Shown here one piece after another: positions 52,676 to 64,000 of a DNA stretch of 64,000 nt. The stretch comes from Epiperipatus broadwayi (Eukaryota > Animalia > Onychophora). The notes beneath the pieces were generated by a model that did not search any database, was not told the origin of the DNA, and worked only from the letters and a program-made list of their open reading frames with translations. A program made the position numbers and the translations under genes. The stretch spans positions 15,810,001-15,874,000 of the forward strand of contig JAQFVV010000003.1 of NCBI GenBank assembly GCA_028023455.1. The letters run 5' to 3'. Every line of letters begins with the position of its first letter. Position 1 is the first letter of the stretch.

Positions 52676-55600
52676 TGGTTACACACATATAATAATGTTC
52701 ACACAACTTAATTTAATTATACTATTTAAATTTATAATTTAATATACATGTATTAAAATTACACATAAAACTATTACAGTTAATATATGATATACCTATA
52801 TATATTGTACAGGATAAAAAATCCATCATTTTTTTTGAAGCTCTATGGTTTTAAAAAATGTCTTTGATATAGTTTTACTTAAGGATTTGTAAATAAGTTG
52901 TTAGTGTAATAGTTATTAATTGTTTTATTGTTATTTAGTTCAGGTTTATTTATTTATTATGATATGTGTTTTATTTTGAGATACATAATTGTAATGGTGA
53001 TATATGTATATAATTGTGAGAATATGTATAAAAAAATAATCATTAGCAATAATATTTAATTTGCTAAATATAAGTATATTGTATATTTATTTATTTATTT
53101 ATTTATTTTAAAATTATAAAAGATATAGTAGTATTATTCTGGTTGTTTAAATATTTATTTGATTTGTAAATTACAACATAAAATCTTTCAATGCAATATA
53201 TATGTATTTTTTTATTGATATTTTCTTTTTTTTTTTTTGTTACTTTAAAAAAAAATATTTTAAAATGCTAAATAATAGTGTTAAAAATTATTTTTAAATC
53301 AGCACATGATTTAAGGAATGCTAGTTATTGTCATCATTCTGGCTGGAATAAAAAGTTAAAAGAAGAAGACATTATTTTCGTTCGTCATTTTTCTCCAAAT
53401 TTTTCTTATAAATTTCCTTAAAAAAATTATTGGAGTAAGGATTAATACTAAAGCCAATGTGCTAAGTACAACTTTATTATTTGGGCATTTGCCCTTTCTA
53501 CTTGCTCATTAAACAACATTGGAAACTTCAGTGAAACATAAAACTTCAAAAGTAAACCGGCGTTCTTCAAAAAGTTTAAAAAAATAGCTATCATAATTGA
53601 CTGATCCATTCTATTATAACTTCTAAATTACTTAGTGATCCAAAAATAATATTTAATTTCATTGCGTATATAATAGAATAGCCAGGAAATAACTGAAATT
53701 AATGGTTTTAACAACAAGAAGCAAATCTCTTAATTTACTTGCAATATGCACATATTTCATGTCACTTCAAGCCATTTTAGAACGAATATATAAGTTAAAG
53801 TGCTGAGAATAGCTAGCTGATTTTTCAATGACTAAACACTAATGCAAATAGATGGTAAAAAAAATTATCTTATTTTTTTTATATTGTCTATTTTTTTTAT
53901 TTTTTTTATTTTTATGTAACATTTAATATATCTATATAAAAGAATATTCAACTGAAATCTTTAGAGTAATTTACGAATTTCTTTTGGAGTGTTAAAATTT
54001 TAAGAATGATGAAAGTCAATTTTAGTATATATGTTTATTTATTTATTTTAAAGACATTATATAGCTTAAACTATGCTAGTATGTTGTAATTATAAATATA
54101 TATAATATTTATTTATTTAATAAAAGTCATTTGTCAATTTAAATTGGAAAGCAATAAATTATATTTCAGTGCATAGGAATTGTATAAATGTATAAATTTA
54201 TAGAATTATATTTACAGGTAATATCATTGTTTAATAATTATCTTAGTTCTTCAATTATTATTCTATGAATCTAATTGCATTTTTTCATATCCATTAAGTC
54301 TTATAAGTTGAAATATTTAATATTTCATACTTCTGTGCATTATATATATTAGTGCCAATATTTTATATGCTAATCAGTATCTTTATTTATATGTAAGTCA
54401 GTTGACTTTTAAACTTATTTGTTGGTGCAGACATTACTTATTGTTTATTGAAGTTAAAATTATACTTATAACTTTAGTCCACTATTGTGAAGTTTTTATC
54501 TTAGTATTATTATTTGTAGAATAGCCTTAGTATGTCAGGCCTTTATTATTGATGGATGGAGTGTATAAATTCCTCATCACTATTAGTAATCCATGAGTTG
54601 ACAATGCTTATATTTCTGATTGTAATCACATATTTCTAGATACCTAGTGTTGTTCTTTTTGGTGAGCCTCTCCATATATTTTCTAATGCACTGAGACCAG
54701 AGGTCCAGGCATCCTCTTTTGCCTCAAATGTAGGTGTTATTTTTGGAAGCCACCATGTTTTTGATATATTTATGCTAGTTGCATTATAAAGTCCTCTTTT
54801 TGGATTTATCACTCATGAGATTTAATTTAATTTTACACCATATTAGGTGAGGTTGCTTGTATTTTAGTATGTAATGTCGAGATAAGTTTGTTTAAAGGAT
54901 GTAATTCCTTTAGGATGCACTCAATTATGTTAGTGATTTAAAGTATAAGAATGTCTGTGTTTTGTGCTATCATGATTTGTAATCATTTACAAACCAACCA
55001 ACAATATTTTGTAATTCTAAATGTTTGAATTTATAAGCATATGGCTAGTTAGTATAATCCACACATGTTATGTATATGCTGTAAATATCCAGAACTTTTC
55101 CAATGAAGGTGTAAATCATTTAGTTATATCTAAATGTTTATTTAGATGATTTACATTATATGGACAATGAATTTATAACTTATATGTGTATAAGTGACTT
55201 TTGATAAATGGTTTATTCATTGAATCCATTTAATATTTGCTTAATTCAGTCATGTAGCTATTTGCTATTTATAACTGGTATTTATTTAAAGTAGTATTTT
55301 AAAAAAATGTATTAAAGAAATACATTTATAACTTAGATTATTAGTGCAACAAGATATCTCCAACTTGTTTATTATTTATATATTTATTTAATTTCATAAC
55401 AGCTTATATAGTTCCTATGTAAATATAAATTGCAAATTAAAAGTGTTACTGTTAAACTTATACTTAATTTATGTAAATAAGCATTTATTTTATATAGCGC
55501 ATGTTTATAAATTGTAATACATTAAAGATCAGCCTGTCAAGCTATTGTGCATGCACTTTTTATGAGTGTTAATAATAAATGAATACTTTGACTCCCAACA

Positions 55601-56554
55601 CAAGATATAGTATTTAGGAAAGAACAAAATGAATCCACTTTATATATAAAAAATTAAGTATTTGCAAAGCAAAACTATTCTTATGTTTCCCAAATATGTA
55701 TATATGTATGCTATTATAAATCTAAGGTTGCAATGTTGAAATAAAGCTATATCATTTATTTTATATAAAAAAATGATTTTGAGTTTTATTTGAGATTTAT
55801 TAATTTTATTTTTCTCTATTTTTAGTACTTCAATTTTACAAGCTAGCAGATATGAAATTATTAAATTATTGGTAATTTCAATTGAATAAATATATTTTGG
55901 ATTCAATAAAATTTCTTTTGTTCCAGATTATACTTGATATATAATTAATTGTAAGTTAAATTAACCCTGAGAACTAATTAGCAATATATTCCAATCAATG
56001 CTCAATATTATTAAGTTTGTCTTATGTAGTTAGCCGTGGTAATATTATACTTTAATATATTAATTTTGAGGCAGTTTATGTTATATTAATGTATGATAAC
56101 TTGCTATTAAATAAGTATTATACTTCTTATATGTGCCATATTTATACTGAGTTGAATGGTGGAAGATATGTTATTTCTTCTTGCATGGTTCATGTGTTTT
56201 ATTATAGTTGATAAGTTACTATGAAACCTGATTAATTTATGGGTGCCTGATAGGTATATCTTAACCAAATCTTTTCTTTATTTCTAATATAATTTATCCA
56301 TTATAAATGGTGCAATTTATAGATTGAATTTATAAATCAAATAATTTAAGTGATAACACATTTCATTATAAATGTTGTGTCATCATGAATGTTAGTCAAT
56401 TAATGATTGTTGTACATATAGAGTTTCAAATTGTATTTTTCATTATAAATGCTGCTCAATAATTTAGGCCACATCATTTTTTTTTACTTATCGCTTATAT
56501 GACATGCTACATTGATTATCCATTGTTTATATTTTTAGCCACGGGTAATTCTAT

Positions 56555-56557
<3 letters not shown>

Positions 56558-56619
<62 letters not shown>

Positions 56620-56628
56620 ATGTGTGTG
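56558..56628. repeat. Compound (TA)n(TG)n microsatellite
   Basis: Seen directly. Confidence 0.95.
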
Positions 56629-56673
56629 AAAAACAAAAAAACACAAGTTAAAACTTGCTAACACTTGTATTTA

Positions 56674-57362
56674 TGACAATAGATGGTGTTCTACCAAAAA
56701 CACCATCAAGCATAGTTTTTGTTTACATAAACGTCAGAGCAAGCATTCACTATCTCTAACTTTAATTTCCACCTTCAGATCATGATTTCAAGCTATTTGC
56801 TATCGTCAGTGAAGGACAGGAATAAGAAAATATATCTAAACACAAACTCTGAGCGTTTATGAAACAGTTTCTATGCAGCCTGCAAGTGTGAAACTTTTAG
56901 ACACGTAATGTCTTCAAACTCAGCATAGCAAACCAGATAGCTACATGGGTCTGATCTCAGTTCAGCATGATTCAGCTTGCAAGCATGAATATTTTAGACA
57001 TGTAATGTCTTCAAACTCAGCATAGCAAAACAGATAGCTACATGGGTCTGATCTCAGTTCAGCATGATACTGAACTGAGATCAGACCCATTTAGCTATCT
57101 GGTTTGCTATGCTGAATTTGAAGACATTACGTGTCTAAAAGATTCATGTTTGTAAGCTGAACAGAAACTGTTTCATAAATGCTCAGAGTTTGTGTTTAGA
57201 TCTATTTTTTTATTCCTGTCCTTCACTGACGATAGCAAATAGCTTGAAATCATGATCTGAAGGTGGAAATTAAAGTTAGAGATAGTGAATGCTTGCTCTG
57301 ACGTTTATGCAAACAAAAAACTATGCTTGACGGTGTTTTTGGTAGAACGCCATCTATTGTCA
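56674..57362. mobile_element. Fully palindromic foldback MITE (689 bp) flanked by TA
   Basis: TGACAATAGATGG...CCATCTATTGTCA termini with TA on both sides. The arms pair all the way to a 7-nt loop at 57063-57069. The left arm has an extra ~96-bp tandem copy. No ORF. Confidence 0.88.
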
Positions 57363-60339
57363 TATATATATACACTCACAAATACACTTTATTATTCATT
57401 ATTGATGAATAATTTTAGTTAATATATGAACTTGGGGGTTCAAACTGGGGAAAATATACTACTACAAAACATTGTAGGTGAAATAGGATGATGGCTAAAT
57501 AATACCGTTTCAATATACATTTAAAATAAATTTCACTAAAGTTTATTTTATGTTCAAATAATGAAAACATTTTTTTGAAATATTAAAGTTCAATGTTCAA
57601 TTACAAAAACAATGTAAAAAAGTTTGGGATGTATAGTTATATCTTGTTTGACAACAATAAATGTTTAGTTGATTACTTTTTTATTAAAAATTTATTTTAA
57701 AAAAAATATATAAACATTATGCAACTATTAAGAAATAAATGTTTAATAATTTTATAAAAATAAATAATAAAAAAGTAAAAACTTATTTTTTTCTAGCTTT
57801 ATACATACACAATATATATATATATTCTTGTTTGATTGAAATAATTAATCTCTAATATTGCTGTTGAATTATCAATAGCTGCTGGCCTTTTGATAACAGT
57901 TAAAATCTCTCAAAGTCTTCTTTTAATTAATTTTTGTAACATTGTAAAAATGCATTCATGTTAACTATGATCATTTTCAAAACTAAAGGCAACTTTATGT
58001 AAAAATACATTAAGAGATTCAAAACAGTAACTTTTCTACAAACATTTCTGAAGATAATTACTAACAAACAGTAATAAAAAGTATAAGAGCATTAAATTTA
58101 CTACCTTCTATATCTCTCAACAATATCACAATATTGAAATCATTTATCATATTTGCAATTAAGTAAATGAAACAATTCATACACAAGATTATTTGCAAAT
58201 AATATTGGAAAAATTACAATTTTCCTACCATCATATCTTCCCATATGCCTAATTAGAGTAGTTAAAATTTGTCATTTAACTGATGGGCCAGTTTGGCCTA
58301 TAATGTGATATTTAAAAAAATTATAACCAATTATTAATATTAAGATATATAGTCATATCAGAAGAAATAATTCCAAGTTTAAATGAGAGACAATATATGA
58401 AGAAAACAAATTATTTCTTTTTTGAAAAGTAATGAACCAAAAATTAGATGACAGCAGATTAATAATAATTCTATCCTACTTGTTTATTTATATGTGTTCA
58501 GAGAACCCACTCTTGTAATCTTAAAATAAGGCTTTGGGTCTATTCAATGTCTCTGGAAAATTTTAAAAATGTAAATATATGTCAGTTTTAAAAGTATTGA
58601 ATTACTTTTTAGAATTCTAAGTATGATTTTAGATCTGAATTTATAAAAAAGAAAAGAATAAAAAAGTCTACTGTGATTTATCAAAAATATTAGGGTTATT
58701 GTTTTCCTACAGAGGAAGTACTTTCAAAAATTTGCAGGTTTTAATTGCTTTTGTTCCTACATGAACATTAAGATGAGTCAGTATGTTTCAAATAAATCAA
58801 GAAGCACTTTTGTTATCTGGAAAATATAAAAAGACAGACATGGAAAAAAAAGTGATTTATACATTGTGTTTTCTAATTTAGACTAGTCATTTGTCTCTTA
58901 TTAAAACAAATTGAGACAATTTTGAAACTAAATGGTACATTTAAATTACATAACTTATTGTTCTTGGAATAATACACTAACTACATATAAAAAGGTATAA
59001 TGATTTTGAGTTCAAAAAAAGGATAAAGAGGTATAAAAAGATTGAAAAATAACTATAAAAATGATCGAAGATTGTAATACATCCACATATATTACAATCT
59101 CTAGTTTGTTGCTGTTTTTTTTTTTTTTGACATCTTGTATGCTGAAATTTAATTTCTCAAATGTAATGTTTTTGACTAAACACACATTTAATACTCTGAC
59201 TAATCACGTTCTCTATTTTATTTTATTCAAAAGACATTCTCATAAAAATTAAATCGAATTTTTAATCAGGGGAAAAGTATTAGTGAACATTGCAGTAAAC
59301 TAACCATTGGCGATCTAACAAATGGAAAATCTCAACAAGCGATAGTTTATTTTTCATTCTTTTTGGAGATGTCTTTACCTGCAATGGAAAAGATAAAGTA
59401 TGTTTCTAGTTCTACATATGTGTACATATATTCTTTACCAAAGGTAAATGGAATAATTAAGCCATGATTACGTAATATGACTTGATCATCATCAAATGTG
59501 TTTTGCTACGTGTGATATATTTATTTACGTATAAACAAAAATGATATTACAACCTTCTAATATAAGTTATTTCAGAATTACATATAAAGATTAATTTAAA
59601 AAAAAAAAAAATTAATACTAGGCACAATTTTTAGATTTAAAAGTGTTAATTAATTAAGGTTAATCTTTATAAACAATCAATATATTTTTTTCTGCTAATT
59701 GTTTTTTTTTCCTAAAAACATAGGTAAATAACGTTTACATTTATTGCTATATTATTTATACCAGTCTAGTTGTGTTTTTAAGCGCTTTTTGAGTGACATA
59801 TTTATTTGCTTAGTATATTTGTAATTTTATCTTTTTTCACTCTCTTTTGTTTTTTTTTTTTAATAAATCTTTGACGAAAGCATTCATCAGTGACATTGTT
59901 TTGATTGTTTTTTTATTAAACTTTTCAAAATGTCAATTTAACCAAAAATAATGTCAATCGAAGGTAACTTTGAGTACAGGAAAAAATCGATTATTCTTTA
60001 GCTTAGCAACAAACAAAATAGAACTTAAATAAAACACAATTTGAACCATAAAAATACTCCTCTATAAATTCTGATACAGTGACAGCAAAAATGCTATTTT
60101 GTAAATAAAAAATAGCAAAGATTCACAAAATTCATCTTATAAGTACTGTATATCATATGTGTGCATTTGAAATATGCAGTTTAATAATAAAAATGCTTGG
60201 CAAACATTATCCGTGTAAGTATTAAAATACCTTAATAATTACATTAATTAAGGAAATGGCAAGCCGTTTTAACAAAATATGAAAATATACTGATTAGTTT
60301 TGGTTTCTTTCTTCTTTTTATTTTTCTCATGTGTCATAG

Positions 60340-60416
60340 CATCAGCCGGGAAGCGAACCGCTAAATCGGAACAACTGCTTGTAAAACTGCTGTCGCTGAC
60401 CTCTCGACCAACAATG
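60340..60416 (+). other. Candidate spliced exon ending in ATG
   Basis: A long pyrimidine tract plus TAG acceptor at 60301-60339, a 77-nt CpG-rich body, and an end of CCAACAATG|GTATGC. One open frame (SAGKRTAKSEQLLVKLLSLTSRPTM). Confidence 0.45.
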
Positions 60417-63400
60417 GTATGCATCAAAATATATTCTATATTAATATTGCTTAATTATTACAAATATTGATTATACAACATTAAGGAACAAAAATCCAAA
60501 CATAAATAAAACAGTTTGCAACAATCAAGGCAAAAATTATAAAAAACAATAAAAATAAGAAAAAGATACTTATCCATTTTATGAAGAGTTACTCAAGAAC
60601 TGGCAGTAGAACTTTATATAGATTTCAGTACAAAACAACGAATTCAAACCCTAGATGACAAGGATTTCATTTAATTATGTTGTTTCCTCTAATTAGATCT
60701 TCCAATAAGCTTAAAGTATTATAAATAAATATTTTTTTACTAAAATTGCAATTAAGTTAACTTGAATTTTTTTATTTTATTTTAGAAAACATAAAAGTTG
60801 CAATACTAGCGTGCATTAATTAATACATATATTATAAACAATCAATAATATTCATTTTTGCTTACATGTTATAACTGAATAGTAAGACAAACAGAAGACG
60901 ATAAGAAGAGACACAAGAGTTTTTTCACTAAAACTGATGATCCACCATAGTTCATTAACTGATTTTATAAGACACAGGTAACATGATTTGCTTTGTAAAA
61001 TAAATAAAAAAATTGGCATCTGTAATCTTCACTTTCATAATTTATTTTTTGTTAAGTATTAATACGTAAATATTAACACAGAGCTTTAAATCTATAAAAT
61101 TAAATATTGCTGATTTTTAAGATATGCTTTGAAAGATTATTAAAATACTAATTCTCAATTACTATCTCTAGTAAGAATGAATTAAGTTTGTCATATTTAA
61201 AAATCGAATTCAGATTTTTGGTATAATATATAATAAGTGTTCAGTATGTGTGTGCGTGTGCACATTAACATCTAACAAAAATGAAATAATGTATATAATA
61301 AATCTTAATTATAATAAGCAATATACATCAAAAATTATTTTTTTCTGAGGAAGAAAAAATATTATCTATAAGATGCGTTTATTTATAAACTATTATTACT
61401 TAGTTAAGCAAAGAACAATTTGAGTTTTACAAAACACTAGAATATAATTTATATTACATATCTAATAAAAGATTATGAGTGTCCCAATTTTATACCTGGT
61501 ATTTGGGGGGGGGGCAATGTTAGGCATATAAACTAGGCTTTATTTTTTATTAAATTTGTGACAGAACTGAATCAACTTCAATGTTCTAAGAATATGGATA
61601 AACAATCGTTTTTTATATGGATTTAAATTTATAACATGTCTTTTAAAGCAATAGTTTAAGATTAATTAATTTCTGTTTTAAAAAATAGCCTTAATAATAC
61701 AAAGCAAAATTAAGATAGATGGACGTCCAATATTTATTATTGAAAATACTTAATTAATATGAAAGTTAAATTTCACTCAAATAGCTTTTAGTAGAAGTAA
61801 TGCTATACATAATGTTGACCAAGCGTTTTAGCAAAGATGGAAATATATATAATTTTAATTAAAGAGAGAAAATTATTTTTTATGGATAATGTAATCCAGA
61901 GATTTTTGAAATGATAAATCATTTTTTATAAAACTATGAACAATATCTGCAAATCAATGATCTTTAATTATTCATCATATTTAAATGAATGGCATGTAAA
62001 AACAAGTACTTGTAGAATAGATATGCAGTCAATACATTAAAAGAGGCTTGAGCTGGATAAAAAAGATAGGTATTTAGTATCATACCAAACATTTGAATTC
62101 TTATGAATGAAGAAAACTAATTACAGCATATGGAAGTCTGCCTTTTCTATTACAAAAATAAATCAACAAAACCCAGATTATAATTTAACTGCATTGTTAA
62201 TAGTAATACTCATTAAGAATTCTAAACAAATAAGTAAACTGTCAAGAATAGTACTATAATTTTAACACTCTTAAAACGATATTGCAGCAGCAGAACAAAC
62301 ACGTTTCTCAATTTTGCAATAATCAAATAATTCTAAATAATATTTAATTCTCTTTTCTTAATTATTGTTAATCACACATTATAATCTAGCGTTATTAAAA
62401 AGTAATATTTAATATTTAAAACTTTTATGCTTTAGGCAGACAACTTGCCTGAATTATAGTGCTGTTTAGTTTTGCAGTTGAAAATTATCTCTATATATGG
62501 ACATGATTTATTATATAAATGAGGCATTTAAAAATTCCAGTTTTTCAATAATGAAAAGCATGAACTCTTTCTATTAATTGCATTTAAATCTTTTGCAATT
62601 GTCTATATCTCCTTGTATTTTTTTTTCTATCATTTCTTTCAGCACAAACTGTCTTCACATTTGTAGGATTGAAAATGCAGACAGTAATGAGTTCATGATT
62701 CATTATTTTATTTTCCTTTGTGGTATAAGCATGTGGGTTGGGCAATCCTCATAGAACTATTCACCCACAATTCTCTATAATACCCAAAGTATAGAAATGG
62801 AAATGCATGGAACTTTATAAAATATTTAAGAGGTGTGCTCCACTGCTATTTTATCTTTTAAATTATTTAGTGATTGCGGCAATCTAAAACTAACCTTGTA
62901 AGAGTCAGCACATATATTCCTTAGTTTTTTGCTATTTTAGAGACATATGGAAGGCTTAACAATGCTTTTGGTACATTATGTATTATTTTTATTTAAATTA
63001 ATGTAGAAGTGGATGATTGTCCTTATTAGCCTATTTCGATTAAATCCCAGATTTGAGAGATTGTTTATATAAGCAGTATTATTTTTCCTATTAGCCACGT
63101 ACTTGAATAACTTTATGTTTCTGTACAAGAAACATTTCAAACTTGATAGTTTTTGTTTTAAAGGGACTTTTGATTTGGGCTGAATCACTCCTCTTATTTG
63201 AATAAGGTTTAGATTCATTTTGAAATTGAGCTCTTGATGGTTTTTTTGGATGTGTAAGTCAAAAAATAATACAGTGATTTATATCTTTCCTTTCTATGGC
63301 CCACAAAAGAACAAAAGTTATGTTAAGCAAAAAAAAATATGAAGTTTGATTGAAGTAGTTTACATGTAGTTAGTTTTCACAAACTTTAATATGAAACTTG

Positions 63401-64000
63401 TTTGGCTTAAAATAAATCAAGTGAATGATAACTCCAAATTAAAGCAGCAAACAATTATCTGTAGATTTTTCCACACCAATTATTTAATTTATGGTTGCAA
63501 ATAACTTAAAAATGGGTCTAAATAGTAAATAAAAACGCATTTTTTTTATTTAATCAATTGAATAACAAATATATAAATCATAAACAACTATTTTAAGATA
63601 GTGATGTCATAGTAAAATCGTAATAACAAATTATTTCAATTTTCAAGATTAAAAGAAACTTTGAAATCAGTATGACAAATAACACTATTAACACTATCAG
63701 TTTAGCAGGCAAAGTAAATATGGATTGAGATGCATAATAATGTTTAATAACATGATGTTGGTAATTTGAAAGAACCATTCATCTAACTTTTCCAAAGTAA
63801 GAAAAATGCAAAAAAAAATAATTATTAGCTTCCAGTATCAGCTTATTTATCTATTGAAAGATGAACAGAATATTATTACATTGTTAGATGGCATATTAAA
63901 TGGCATCTTTTTTAAAACAGGCAAAACTCTCTATATGTATTGCCACTCAATGCAAGCCAGGGTAATCAATGGATGCCAGAAAGCCTGTGCATACAATCCC

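Overview
Very AT-rich, CpG-poor eukaryotic DNA, most likely from an invertebrate animal (arthropod-like, but not assignable from this window). It looks intergenic or intronic, and I recognise no intact host protein-coding gene; most of the supplied short ORFs are spurious. Two degenerate Ty3/Gypsy LTR retrotransposons lie on the minus strand. The one at 10329-18192 retains both LTRs, a tRNA-Lys PBS, a PPT and a 4-bp ATAT TSD; the one at 3077-8630 is older. There are several Penelope-like element (PLE) remnants. The largest is a ~2 kb head-to-head palindrome of two identically 5'-truncated copies (44755-46768) whose outer ends carry minimal hammerhead ribozyme (HHR) motifs. An HHR-bearing pseudo-LTR cluster of the same family lies at 2726-3060. 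Also present: an RTE LINE 3' end, several foldback/MITE-like inverted repeats, a tRNA-Val(TAC)-like pseudogene, long (TA)n tracts with local template-switch-like duplications, a candidate promoter near 20.3-20.5 kb, a candidate ATG-ending exon at 60.3-60.4 kb, and an unexplained repeat-spacer array at 40.0-40.4 kb. All alignments were done by eye, so coordinates may be off by a few bases.
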